From: Bispira polyomma
Lineage: Eukaryota
DNA length: 64,000 nucleotides
Direction: 5' to 3'
Assembly (NCBI GenBank): GCA_965649765.1
Contig: OZ287751.1
Location: 31,868,001 to 31,932,000 of the forward strand
The stretch's first letter is position 1. The number at the start of each line of letters is the position of its first letter. Under the pieces are notes generated by a model. That model did not search any database. It was not told where the DNA came from and saw nothing but the letters and a program-made list of their open reading frames with translations. The translations under genes were made by a program, and so were the position numbers. This document shows, one piece after another, positions 1 to 13,395 of this stretch.

Positions 1-1009
1 TCTACTTTAAACAAAACACTGTCATTTGATATCTGTAAATAAAACCACTCAACTGATGATACAGGAAACCATTGCTTTACGAAAGGAAGAGAAATGTGAC
101 ATGTGGCGGAGACGTTTTTTTTTGCTGTCACAGACTGGAATAACAATAACGACAATAAACAAAAAACAAAAAACACCCAGAAGAATTCACAAGATGCAAT
201 AAAGATTCTAGGTAAAATAAAAAAAACAAAACATTTAAACATGTGAATTTTTTTAGAAACTCCCAAACTTTTAAATAATTACAATGGCTATAGATAAACT
301 TGTTTTACCAGCCAAACTGATACACTCAGACTGTCAGGTGACTTCAATGATGTCTTTGTAGAGTTATATATATCTGGATCTTTTAACCACTAACAAATGA
401 CAGACACTCTCAAAATACAAACAACAAAAATTATTACATTTTCACAGATAGGGGCCAAGTTAGTAACTATCATTGTAGTCGAAAAATAGAAATTAGCTGT
501 TGCTCATAACACTGACAGAGATTTGAGGCAGAGGGAGTGACGTCATAATCTTGTACATTATAAGACTGTTGTGATGTATGACAGCAGCAGGAGATGCATA
601 GCCTATTTTTTGTGAAAAATGGAAATATAAGGCCTAACTTAAGACAATAGTGCAAGATTTATGCAAGCTATCCATCAGTATCAACCCAAAAAAGACACAC
701 TTGCAATATTGCAGACTTTTTTGATTAAGGACTTGGTTAAAAAGGCATAACAGAAAAACACATGCCAACCAACTGAGTGATAAATGATTCCACAAAAAAA
801 CAGACATCCTAATCTTATGGCCGGGTGTAATATAAAGAAATATGTAGCAGTATTTGTTGCATGCAGCAAATCCTGGTTGGTAGGCTTTTGTCCACTAATA
901 GACACCCCCCTCCCTCCCCCTGCCACACACACCCCAACCGCCATAAAGTTGTGGCATGTTTGGAACAATCTGATATGATCCTGTGCTATGAAATTGGCAC
1001 ATACCTCCA

Positions 1010-1380
1010 CTAACTCACACTAATCCCCGCCAATGAGAAACAAAGACATCACGAATACTAACAAATACCCACTAATACCTTACTAATAACAACAAATAGT
1101 CACTAACTGCCACCAATTGACACACTAATGCAAAACGAGCCAACACAACCTGCTACTGATAAGAAACGTTCCAAAACAACCCAAAAACTAATCAAGACAT
1201 ATGCCCTTCCACCCCCAACTTCTCACAAACTAGCTTTCAGACACAAATGTTTCGAACTTTCCAAAATACACATGGCAGCTCCACTAATGCTTACGGATAC
1301 TCACAGATATCAACCAAGCTCTCTGAATGTAGACAAATCTAAAACGAATACTCATTGATAGATATGGAACGTTTGTGGTG
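1010..1380. repeat. Dispersed repeat (ACTAAT-rich), related to 20490-20908 (+) and 12710-13140 (inverted)
   Basis: Shares 'caaaacgag...agccaacacaacctgctactga(t/c)aagaaa...ctaatcaagac' with ~20725-20790 and its reverse complement at ~12830-12890. Confidence 0.6.
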
Positions 1381-1399
1381 TCTTCATTTCACTGCCCGT

Positions 1400-1677
1400 C
1401 TATTTGAGACAAACTGGCAAATACGGTAGTTGTTGGGCTGGTCTAACACTTGGGGCTGTGTAAAATATTTGTGGTGGGGTGTGGGCCAGCGAATTTCTTT
1501 GTGGGATAGATGCTTCTTGTGCTGTCCGTTGTACCAGAGGTGGGTTTTGGCATTGTGCTGCTGCTTGTGAATTAAGATTAATTTTGTCATCAGAATTAGT
1601 TTCTTGGTCTGGATTTGTCTGATCCACTTCTTCTTCCAGATCTTCTTCAGATCTGGCTGTTCCTTAGCGTCAGCCAT
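1400..1677 (-). pseudogene. Possible frameshifted ORF remnant with acidic N-terminus (TE- or gene-derived)
   Basis: ATG at 1677 in aacATGg context (MADAKEQPD) joins, through one frameshift, a frame reading EEDLEEEVDQTNPDQETNSDDKINL...LPVCLK (ORF 1400-1627). No domain recognised. Confidence 0.2.
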
Positions 1678-2415
1678 GTTGAATTCTTGGCTAATACACG
1701 ATTGGAGTCTTGTCCTGCCTTACACAGTTGATACCGGGGTGGGTACAATACACGGTAAGACTCTAGATAGCCTACTGCTGTAGTTTCAAACTGTTTCTGT
1801 GTCCTCCAGGTATAAACTGGAGTGTGCCTAGAGACACTATGGACATGACTAGCATTGTAAAAAAATGAGAACACCATCATGAAGTCTTTGGCTTTCTCAG
1901 AGAATTCTTTACTCTTTCAGAAATCCGTATTTATGTGTCCACTGAGACTTTGAAATGCACCATTACAAATAATCACCCGACTGAATAAATCATACTTTAA
2001 AAGGAATTTGAGAACATTACATAACTGAGAAAGTATTCTGCAAATGTGTGCTTATTTTTACACACCATTACAAAACCAAGTTTAAGCTATAATAGGATTC
2101 TTGATGTACCACCAACAAGTTGCATTTTTAACAGTGACCTAGGCAGTAAAAATAGTCATGTCCTGACAAAGGAAAAATGTTGTGGGATTGCTGGGAAACC
2201 ACGTTACCAAGAAAAGGGTGGATTAACTTCATGTAAGAATATTTAGTGCAATAGGAAAAGTTTTCAATGATTTGTATTCTGTGCATAGTCTTGTTGACAT
2301 GTACCGACTTGAATTTATTTTACATGTACTAATACTGTAACAGCTAAAAAAAAAATCACACTTTTACAGAATTACATCAATACAAATATATTTGTGATAT
2401 TGATGAAATCTTTAT

Positions 2416-2495
2416 AACAGGAGCACTCAGGATAGAGCAAACCTCTGCTACTAGAGTGGACGTTAAATATCCAAATTAAAAAAAAAACAAAAAAA
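2416..2495 (+). mobile_element. HINE-like element end fused to a short 3' tail fragment of the 11733 SINE family
   Basis: 'aggagcactcaggatagagcaaacctc' resembles 62672 'agggcactcaggagagcgaatacctc'. 'actagagtggacgttaaatatccaaatt' is identical to 11951-11978 and is followed by an A-rich tail. Confidence 0.55.
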
Positions 2496-3289
2496 CTAGA
2501 TAAATAGAAGCACATGGTGAGTGATAACTAAAGAACTTGTCCAAATCTCGCAAAATGCCACCCATTTCCTTCCACTTGAAATTTCAAAATAAAATAAAAC
2601 AATTGATACAAACCATTAATATAAAACTAGTAGTTAAGGTTGAATTTCTCAGCCATTACTCAACACATATTGATACAACAAAAAGCACAGGAATCAAATA
2701 AAATACGCTTTCTCACCTTATTTTCATGCAATTTTTATCTTCAGTTATTGATAAATAATCGCCATTTCATTGAGTTCAAAACCGAGCAAGAAGGATTTCT
2801 TGAAAATTAAATGTTCTGTAAATGTAGAAATTCAGGCCTAAATACTAGTTGCTCTTGATTGTAATTTTCTATATACAATCTATGTAAACACACAATTATA
2901 AATAAATGAACAGTGCTACAGTGTATGTGTGTGTAATGATATTCAATGAAGACTTCTGCGTTCCAAAGAATCAAGATTGACAGCACCAGTTTTACTTGCC
3001 TTAATGAATTTGTTTTGCTGATATATGCTTACATTTGTTGTATACTGAGTACTGTATATTGTTTTAATCTGGCAAGCACTTGATTAATTGTTTTAATACA
3101 TACTTTTTGGTAGACATACTGTAGTGTTACTTTACTATAGTGTTAATTGGACTTTTATTAAAAGAAAAAAACTGGGTACATCACAGGCAAAACATCAAAA
3201 TATTAAATCAGTGTAAAGTCAAACTGATATTAACATGAATTCAACATGAAATGCTTATTATTTTAACCTTAATCCAACACAATTTAACT

Positions 3290-3495
3290 AAAATGGACAT
3301 GCTTTCGACCTTAAATCACTGTGATTTCAACCAAACATCAACATTGTTTCCACCTAAAATTAACATCATTGCCACCTGAAATCAACATCGTTCCAACCTG
3401 TAATCAACATAGTTTCAACCTGAAAACAACATAGTTTCAACCTGAAATCAACATAATTTCAACCTGAAATCAACATAATTTCAACCTGAAATCAA
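3290..3495. repeat. ~22-bp minisatellite (AAATCAACATAATTTCAACCTG)n, degenerate toward the left
   Basis: About five clear units at 3380-3495 and further decayed units upstream. Confidence 0.8.
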
Positions 3496-5404
3496 AGTCC
3501 TGATAAACAAAACCAACAAATAAACCACCAGACAAGGGTCACCATTTAACCTGGAATTAAGCTTGGTAAGCAGCCACCAAGCATGTAAACCAGAATGCCT
3601 TCAATCAGTATCTGCCCATTAAAACCCACAGCCAAATGAGACCTAGGTAGAAGGAACAGAGAGTCACTACACTTGCCTTGCTGAACTATCTTCGTTTAAG
3701 AATTATCAAGATCACATAATGTCTGGCAATTATTCTACATAGAAATAGTTTGTCCTGAATGTATGTATCCAATGAATGCATGATGTAAAAAGTTGTTGTA
3801 AGTTCACTCTCTGTGTTACATTCTACATACAGCATGCAGTTTCAGGCCATGCTTAGGTAAGTGAGACTAGAATTCTTTAAGATAGTCTTTTTTTGGAATG
3901 AAGCAGAAATGCTAATGGACAAACATGGCTATTTCTAGTAATTTGACATGGCCAAAATCCACTAGGGTCAGAGTGATTTTTAGTTAAATTTTTCTTATTT
4001 TTACAATTTGATATCAGGGAAGCAGTCATACCAACCACTGTGTGTGAAAGGGTTGAACTTTTGTCAGATGAAAAAGAGGTTGTTGTACAGATGTGTCCAG
4101 TGTTATTGACAATATAAATGTGTCATATGTCCTCCTGCAGCAATGGTGTTATAAGAGTTATAACATCAGAGTAGTGGAAGTTGACCATCTCTGTCCTTAA
4201 ATTACACCTGGATGTTTTACCATTAGCTAAAAGTGTCCACTATTTTCAAAGCTTGCACATTTATTCACCATTAAAAAGAACACTAAATAAATGGGATATC
4301 ACACATATATTAACTGTACTACGGCGTCTCCTTAACCTATACTTTATAGAGACACAGAATTGATAACATGTAATTATATAAAAAGCTGGATGGTCTCTAT
4401 ATGGACGTGTCATGGGCTGTTATAAAAAGACATGAGATGAGACCGGGAACATGATGTCATCCTCTAAATGTCCACAAACACAGAGAAAGCTTCATATCCA
4501 AGTCCTCAAACAGCACAATCTACTACTTGGCACATACATATCCTTTCATTGAACTAGTCAAAGCCATGTGTGCATGCTATTGTAATTTGAAAGAAAGTAT
4601 GGTTACAATGCTGTTAGTTTGCTGTTGACATAATTTTAAAATAGTTACATATCATATAGAAATAATTGTACATGGTTTAGTCAAGAAAGATATTCCAGTA
4701 GCCTTAGGACCATGAGAATGAAGCGGAAATACCGAGCATGGCAAATCCAGTGATTTGACATTTACTAAAGTCTAGTAATTTTGTGACTTAACAAACTGAT
4801 ACTGATGATTAATTAATGAAACTGAATATGTGTACTTTCTTCTTCAGAAATCCCAGTTTTAAATCCAATCAGTCTAATATATCAGTGACACATTAAAAAA
4901 ATAATGAAATAACTAAAAAAACGCGATAACTTGAAAAGAGGCATCTAAAATCCGGTATCACCAACTTCTACATGTTCAGTTGTATTTTTATTAAACTAGT
5001 AATATCTGGCTAAATTGTGGTGAACAGTGTAAGTGGTTCGAGTTAAATATTTATTATCAAGCTAAGCTTTATATAGCATAGATGGAATAGATAATAATTC
5101 TGTAATATTAACCAAATTTATTACTTCCACCACAATAAAGGTAAATTTAAGAGACCAACTACTAATTTGTCATGATTCTTTGGTTGAGGAGTATCTAAGT
5201 GTGTCATCCATAACAACAGAACTTACACTAAAAGTCAGATCAAATGACTTAATTATTCTCTTACCATTTTTGAAAGGACAGCTCTATTTAATTTAATTAT
5301 GTGTACATTGCACTGTGACTTCAAAATCTCCATCTTAATGTATCCTTGCTGTCCGGTAAGTCATGGAGGTAATGAAGCATATAATAAATTATTATTATTA
5401 TTGC

Positions 5405-5893
5405 AGGGTTGTCGCAAAGACATCACTCCTGCCTCAAAAAATTACAATGCCTATTCTTTCACGTATTTTGTTCAAGATGCACATTACCACTTTTAAGGCT
5501 TTAGTAACTTAACAGCCCCCCCCCCCCCCACCTTGCTTCCCTTCTCTCCTTCAGTAACCGTAAGATAGGCAACAGACTCTCTGTTTATTCGGTCAGACCT
5601 ATCAGGAAGGCGGGATTTAGAGCGTCCTCCACTGCAGCTCCATTGTTATTTAACAGTCTCCCGTTGACCTCAGATCAGTTGACACACTTATCGGTTTTAG
5701 GAAAAAGCTTAAAACCTATCTTTTTAACCTTGCCTACCCACCTTAGCTTTCCTCGTGCACGCTCCCACTTCCTGCCTTACGACTTTGCAATGTCCATGGA
5801 CTTAATGATTGGACCAATGATTCTGCTGTTGCGCTTTAGAAGATGCCTAGCATCAATAAAGCATGTTAAAAATTCATCATATTAATAATAATA
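5405..5893 (+). mobile_element. 5'-truncated, decayed L2-clade LINE 3' end
   Basis: Frameshifted translation gives KDITPA..KL (HITPVLxxLHWLP-like), then GFRASSTAAPLLFNSLP..LRSVDTLIGFRKKLKTYLFNLAYPP*. A 3' hairpin (gcttta..gatgc-cta-gcatc..taaagc) and an (AAT)n tail follow. Confidence 0.75.
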
Positions 5894-6518
5894 AATGTCA
5901 AAAATAAACAAGTTTCTTCATTAAATTGAACTTTTTTATTATGTCAATCTGTTTGCAATGCTCTTGATTATTAATAATTACAATATTGGTATTTTAAATC
6001 AGCAAATATTGGAAATATTCCATATTTTGACAAAGTAACTTATAATGTTAATTTTATGTTATTTTACATATGGCCCCTAAAGTCATGGTAAAATATTTTT
6101 TTTTAGAAAAGATGGATTCATAGTCAAATTTCGAAGTTGACCTACAGCATGAATAGAAAAACAAATAATTATAAAGGTTCATTAATAGATCAACAATAAC
6201 ATACTTTACACATACACACAAAAAAAAAAACAAACACTTAAAACCTGTAACACTTCTATACTATACATAATGCTTTTGAAGAATATTGAAATATTAGTTT
6301 TTACTATTCCCTCTGAAGTTGGCCAAAAATAGATTTATTAGGGTATGTTTGGAATGTTTGATATGTTAAGGGAACATTAAGCAGTAATTAGTGTCAACTG
6401 TTGGTAATTTGTATTCCATTGCAAACACAAAAAAACACACTGTTAATTGAGTCTAGTGCTACTCTTCCTGTGACGGTTATGAATAAGTTATTATAGTTTT
6501 TGCTTTTAACAATGTTTG

Positions 6519-6710
6519 TATCATATCACGAGAGTAGGTTTACTGATGGGGGAAATTCTGACAGGGTAGTTGGTCAAGGCTTTCTGCTCTGCAAACTACA
6601 AACCTTCAACTATTCTCCTGACAACGTTCCCACAGGATGCCATTGGGGATTTGAACTAACGACGGCAGATGTGGAAGGCGAGTGTGTTACAAATACACCA
6701 CTGAGTACCT
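6519..6710 (-). mobile_element. Degenerate tRNA-derived SINE
   Basis: Minus strand reads ...cagtggtgtatttgtaacacactcgccttccac...ttagttcaaatccccaatggc, with A-box-like and B-box (GTTCAAATCC) motifs. Confidence 0.6.
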
Positions 6711-6785
6711 CATTGTGTCTTCTAGAAATATGAGTCCAAGAAAAAGCTGATATTACTGTAGATGTTCAGTATATTGTTACATAAG

Positions 6786-6945
6786 CAGGGGTTGTATTCA
6801 CAAACAAGCTTAGAGTACAAATCTTAGACGTTTCTTAGTCTCAGACAATCAGATATTTTTTGAAGCCAACTTTTCAACCAATCAAATTGCTTAAGACAAA
6901 AATTTAAGAATACAAAAAATCTTTGTTAAGATTAGGTCTTGTGAC
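6786..6945. mobile_element. MITE-like remnant of the same family as the spacer element at 25914-26146
   Basis: 'ggggttgtattcacaaacaagcttagagtacaaatctt' matches 'gggctatattcacaaacaatctcagaatacaattctt'. Confidence 0.5.
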
Positions 6946-9900
6946 CTTTGTCACTAAATTAATCACGAATTAATAAATAGACTGATATTTTATCAGATTC
7001 TGTGCTGGACTATTTGCATACACGTTTATTTCACTTTTTAAAGAATGTGCAGCTAGTTTTGTATTGTAAAAAAATTACCTTAATCACAGTTATGCCACAA
7101 GAGTATGCGAAATATTTGTAGACATCACCTGGTATGTCTTTTAATTGTATTGTATTGTAACTTTACAGTTATCAAATTGTGTGACTAGAAATATCACCAT
7201 GCAACTGTCATCAAAGGTTGGCAATAATCAGCAAACTTCCAAAAACATTTAAGTCAAGTAAGGAAAATTCATAAGTGTAGAAAAGTTGACATTTAAGGTG
7301 AAACTATTAGCTAAATTAACCAGTGAGTTCAGATAATAATCATTAATTCCTGTATAAAGGTTGAACTAAACTTTGGCCAATAGTGAAAACTAATTCCAGT
7401 GAAATTTTCTTAATAATTTTAAATTAATGAACTTTCCTTCTAACTAAAATGTCCAGGTATTACGTAGGGATATCAACTGATCGGTGTTTCTATTACATCA
7501 CTTAATATGGTGAACACCTATAACTCTTTTCTCTATGAGTCATATTTTTCTTTCCACCTTTTCTTGTTTGTGATGACTTGTGAAGCACGTGCTCAACTCC
7601 TACTTGGCAATTATTAAAAACTCCTCCACAGTAACCTCAGGATGACTGCTTAAAAAGCTTTTTTTTCTCTTCAGAGATGGCGCCCATTACACCATTGTAT
7701 TGCCTTCATGTATCAAATGTGACCTCTTTTGTAACAAACCCCATTACTTTAGTAGCCACACTAAGTTGTCTTCTGTATGAAGATCTATTTGGTATTCAGC
7801 AGACTGTGTGTTCTTCCATACCTAGCTTATAGAATTGCCCCCTTTCTCTTTAAAAGTGAAACTTTTGTTAGCTATAGTTTGCATGTGTGGGGTTACATAT
7901 GGCACCACCTCTGAATCTGGGATTGTTTTATTGCCTTTGTTTCTATATTTATGGCGACCTTATGATGAAACTAAGCTAGCATTATCATCTGATCGAATGA
8001 TATGTAGCCCCTTTGGGGACATATCTATTTTTGTTTGCTGTCTTTCATCTAAAAAAAAAACGATTGTCTCATTTCTTAAACTCAAATATCTTGCTGTGCT
8101 AATATAATTTGGTTACAACAAAATGATTAATGTATTATAATTAGATAATTAAGTTGCCATAATGAGGACAATTAACTTGTCATAATGTGATAATTATTAT
8201 TATTATGCATTTTTTTTTTATTGATGCCAGGCATCTTTTAAAGTGCAACAGTAGAATCAGCGGTCTAACCGTGAAGTATCATCTTGTTAGAATGATATAA
8301 TTAAGTTGTGAAAGTGTGACAATCTTGTTACATTGAGATGAGCTATTGAGTCCATATAACTAAACGTGTAACAAGAATAGCCTTTAAAAATGGCAGGTCA
8401 AATGGAGGTGCAGGCTGCTTCATGTAACTCTATTATACACTGACACTTATGCGGGTCTATTCCTGTTCCAAGTGAAATTTTGCATAGTGATTTGACCTAC
8501 TTTTAAATTAGGTCATCTATGAAACGTGACCAGACAAGAGAATCCCAGAAGTAAAAAGTGAGTATTTTACTTCAACAAAAATTCTTTAATTTTTCTTCTA
8601 AAATAAACTTCTATTAGTACACCTATATAAGATAAATATATTAACCATATATATAAAAACACATCTAACATAAACCATGATAAAACACGCTATATGTTTT
8701 CATGAATATTATCAATATATCTACACCTCCAAAATGGTTCATCTTAGACCTGTCATACAACATTGCGGCCCCCAGTTAACTCAAGAATTCAAAGGTCTGC
8801 GACCTAAAAAGTTGTATGATGGCAAGATGTACTCTGTATGATGGCAATTTTACATGAGAGGAAACCTAGATGTCAACAAACAATTGTGTTTTGTTCTGTA
8901 AAAATATCTTATCAGCAGTTTCTGTATAGCACATAGTGTAACTCATTAAATAGGGTGTCAGGTTTTGTCACATTGGAAATCATATTTCGAGGAAAAACTT
9001 CATTTTTTTTATATTGTGAACTGTGATATTTCTCATTGCCCTTTTACTTGCTACATAGGAGAAAAAGTCCCTATCACTTTCGATGTTTTTATCAAAAGAA
9101 ACCCTATTAAGAAGAAAGGGTCCTTATGGTTTGAGGAAGAAAATAGATATTCCTGTTCAATGAACTCAATAATATTTCGTTTGGCGTCATATAACTACTA
9201 TGGTTTTTACATGGTGTGTTTTAATTGACCATTGCTGCTTGAATGGATCAATCCTATAGCATGGTGTCTTCTTTATTGTCTCCCATAGTTCTACAGCATA
9301 CAAGTAAATACATTAATAGTGCAAGTAATCTGTAACTCTGTAACTTTCTCAGTAAATATCTCATGGATTTAGGTGTGGGGAATAACAGTTTCATTTGGTA
9401 AAAGAAGTCCTCTTGGTTGTTTTTAAGCACTAGAAATAATTTCGAAAACATTCACTGCCCATTAGTTTTGAAAATATCTAATGAAACAATGCTTTTCAGC
9501 TTTGATATTCTGTTCTGTTTTGTATTCAAATTTACACTCAGCGCATATATCTACCATAATCTGGTATTCAGAGTGCTAATTAACCCTTTTCTCACTGTAA
9601 CAGTCAACTGTTTTAGTTACTGTCATTCCCTAAACTGAAGAGAAAGGCTGGAGGATGACCACTTTTCAACGTCTTCAACAATATTTAGGCTTTCTTTTGA
9701 CAGTTTTGTAAATTTAAATTATATCCTGTTTGTGAGCTTCACATCATCAAAAATGATATCAATATTAATTTATTAGAGCTAAGACATGTTTGACTTTGTT
9801 TTTTTGGCCAGACTACTGTATGCATTTGCTCTAAACAAATGGTGACTATAAACCATTTACACAAAGTACAGGAAATGAGTTCCATTAAGCCGGAGATAAC

Positions 9901-11732
9901 GTCATCACTTTCTTTAAGGGACTGTGGCCGTATTCTAAAAAAAACAACAACCTCAAATTCAGACTCAACTCAACTCAGTCTGTTTTCTCCAATAATTTTA
10001 GTTGAGATTTTTGCTCAACTCAAGCTCAAAGTTGAGCAAGGCTGTACCTGACTCATCTGCTATAAGAATTTCACTCAAATGAAAATAAACAAAGTGATCA
10101 TGTGACCACAGGTCCAATATAGCAGTAAGTTTGATTGGCCTGTTATGTTCAGTATAATAATCAGTAGGATTGCTTAATACATTTTCCCTGAAACACCTAA
10201 GAGATCAGACATTGTATTTATATTATTGCATAATACCAGAACCACGCACATTAAATGGTGTTTTACAAACCCGTTGTTACATGAATGGCAGTTGTACACA
10301 GTCCAGACCGAGACCCTCAAGCTGTGGAATGTAAAGGTGTGAACGACAAACAGTATTGAGGATATCTATATATACATTTATCACAGTTGTATAGCATATA
10401 TATTATTTTATAGATAAATGACTATTTATGCAGATATGTCTGTATGTAAACTAATATATGCCATTGCATTTAAAAATTCCATATTCTTTTGACAAACTTA
10501 TATTTGTAATATTTTTAATATCGGCATCAGAAATAAGTCCACTTTATTTTGCTGGTAGAAGTTTGACTTAACAATGTGGTTTACTGTCTGTTAATCACAA
10601 CTAGCACAGATGGCTTTTAAGGGAATGACCCCTTTTACAAGATGTTGTCTTACTTAGGGTTCCCTCCAGTATAATACTTTAAAGCTGTTTACTACCAAAC
10701 ATGAATATCTGCCCTCTGTGAGAATAAAGCTCCATTAATTCTCCATATAATGCTTTGAAGACCAATATATCTGGCCACATTACATTTAAAAGCACATTAA
10801 CTATTAATTCAAAGAAGAAATCTCCAGACTATGTGGATCGATGTATTTTAGCTAAGGATCACCACAATGTCACATCCTGATACCATGTCATCTTCTGAAG
10901 AAAAAAAACCCACATACAGGCCTCATTTTTCTTGTTGACATTTTCTATACAGAACCCAATGCCATAGCTTTGTTTGTAATTTTACAGATGACAATTTATA
11001 TAATGCAGTTGAGTTTTAAAAGCAAGAACCAACAGTACACGACCAACTAAAGATAGCCTGAATGTATTCTTTAGAACTGGTGCTGAGGCCAATTAGAACA
11101 CCACCTATGTATAATTCATTGGCAAGCGTGAAAACAAGGGGATTTACTTAATGTATTATACTGCGGCCTAGGGCTATTCCTTGGAGAAGCCATGACCCCA
11201 AGCTTAAGCTCTGAAGTAGCACAATATCAAAGGTTTGCTTTGTTCCTTTCATCATTGTTAGTGGTGCCTGTTATTCTACTCTTGGGGTTCCCTCCAAATT
11301 ACTGAGTTCTGAAGAAGGAGAAGTGACCGTAAATTTAATGCCAATCAATACAAGAACAATGTACTTGTCATCAGCATACAAGAATTTATCAGCAGTATTC
11401 ATTCTATTTATATGAAGTCTGTTCTTTTCCTCTATATGGCCATCTCCTGTGACAGTCATGCAACAATAACTTGGAGTAATGTTGTAGAAATGCTGAGGGG
11501 GGTGGGGGGCTTTGCGTTTTGATGGTTTCGGCAGGTGATGTACAGTATAGACGTACCAACTACTCTGCACTGATTTCAGTAAACTGCAAAACTAAAACAA
11601 AGCAACACTAAAAACCTGGTTTTCTTTATCAGAGGTACAAACTTATTGACCAGTGATTTAATAGGCACCTTGACCAAAAACTCTCTACTGTACTGCTTTC
11701 TTCAACTAATAAACTGTCTATCGTAATATAAT

Positions 11733-11982
11733 GGGGGCCGCGGTGGCCTAACGGTTAGCAAGCATTGCGCTTCACAATCACTGGTCTCTCACCTCTGGGC
11801 GGTGTGAGTTCAAATCCCGTTAATGCCTATGTGGGAAAGGTGGTAGTTCTTTACTGTGGGCCACTGGTTTCAGTGCAGAACCTTGATCAACTGTTTGCAG
11901 TGTTTCCTCCAGCATTTCCAACTACCCGTCCCAATATAACCTAAACAGGTACTAGAGTGGACGTTAAATATCCAAATTCAAT
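11733..11982 (+). mobile_element. Full-length tRNA-derived SINE with perfect 16-bp target-site duplication
   Basis: A box tggcctaacgg, B box gagttcaaatccc, tail gtggacgttaaatatccaaattcaat. TSD tctatcgtaatataat at 11717-11732 and 11983-11998. The paralogous empty site is visible, inverted, at ~21355-21375. Confidence 0.92.
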
Positions 11983-12329
11983 TCTATCGTAATATAATAC
12001 ACAGCAATACTGAAAAAAAGTTTTATTCTCATGTAATCATATGCATCTTTTGGATTCTGCAATTACAAACCCACCTAAATTCAGCAGCCTTGCCTTGTCC
12101 GGCTTATTCACACATACACTCACAAAATAATAGCCTATAGTTTTGATAAGACAAAGTTCTGGAAAGAGACGATTCTTCAAGGGCATGACCATCTTGAATT
12201 GAGTGTATGAATACATAACGCTAAGCCCTGACGATAACACTGAGTCATAATGCTGTGATAGTAGGGAGAACTACTTTCTGTGTGGCCGCCTCCTGTTCAG
12301 TGAATTCTAGAATTTAGAAATTTGAGATT

Positions 12330-12708
12330 TAGCCTACGCTTCCTTTCAGCATGTTTTTATCAGCCGACGTCTGCCGATTTTTTCCCTCATCATACAATAC
12401 TACCAAGTGCTTCCTTTCAGCAGATTTGCATCAGATCCGATCAGACATCGGCCGACATCTGTTTGACCAACATATTTTATCTCTGAGGAAGGGAAAATAT
12501 CGGGAGGACTGGCCGATTTTGAAACAAAAATGTCTGCAAAAATGCTATCATAGGTATAGTTTTCATCCTATATATACTCAATATTCGTACTCAATATATT
12601 CTACATTCGCCGACGTCGGACGCTTCCTTTCAGCATATTCCGACGTCAGCCAATTTGTATGTGTCCGACGTTGGCCGATAAAAACATGCTGAAAGGAAGC
12701 GTAGGCTA
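12330..12708. mobile_element. MITE (~378 bp) with ~32-bp perfect terminal inverted repeats
   Basis: tagcctacgcttcctttcagcatgtttttatc (from 12330) and gataaaaacatgctgaaaggaagcgtaggcta (to 12708). Internal gcttcctttcagca repeats and ccgacgtcgg palindromes. Superfamily uncertain (TA or TWA flanks). Confidence 0.9.
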
Positions 12709-13234
12709 AGGGAGTCTTTGTTGATATCCATGAGCGTTAGTAGCGCCGTGACAAAAGTTTTGAATGGTTCCAGTGACGAATGCACTTTTGTGAGGGGTTT
12801 TGTAGAAAGGGGGCAGAGGCTTATACGTCTTGATTAGTTTTGGATCATTTCTCATCAGTAGCAGGTTATATTGGCTTGTTCTGGCTCGTGTCGCATTAGT
12901 TCCGATTAGTTGCAGTTAAAAAAGGTCCATTGCGGTTAGTGATGTATTAGCAGGTGTTCGTTATTGTCCTTTATGTCTTCGTTTCTCATTAGTGAGTGTT
13001 AGTGAAGTTACATTTCATTTCTGCGGCACTGCCAACACTGTTTTGTTTCGAACTTGCTTCACCTTCGTCTGGGGAGGTGATTTTTAGGAGGTGAGGGGGG
13101 AAATGTGTTACGAAGGGTCATGGGCGCTTGTTTGAATGAGACCAAGCCTTAACATATACAAGCAAGGTTATGTCGCACATTAAAAAAATAATATTCAAAC
13201 TAGGCTCTAAATGGGGTGAGTGAGTAGAAAAGCA

Positions 13235-13395
13235 CAGATCATTTCACAAAGGCTAAAATTAACAGTGGACAAAACCACCAGCCTATGGCAAGTAAGTGAC
13301 AAAGTTTCCCACCTTAATGAGCAAACAGGATTTGAACCCATATTAGTGAGAAGCCAGGAAATGTGAAGCGAGTGCTTCTAACCACTAGACCAAGA
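13235..13395 (-). mobile_element. Degenerate tRNA-derived SINE inside the inverted duplicated block
   Basis: Minus strand: tggtctagtggttagaagcactcgcttcac...gggttcaaatcctg...gtcacttacttgccataggctggtggttt. Paralog at 20215-20380 (+). Confidence 0.7.

Noticed and set aside
3380-3495. Regular 22-bp repeats as a CRISPR-like array
   Set aside because: Contiguous tandem units with no unique spacers, eukaryotic context and no cas genes.
7500-9900. Possible decayed transposase coding sequence on the minus strand
   Set aside because: Multiple stops and no motif I could identify; needs a translated search.
11271-11570. ORF containing FLYADD, resembling an RT catalytic motif
   Set aside because: No flanking RT motifs such as PQG were found; probably chance or too decayed to call.
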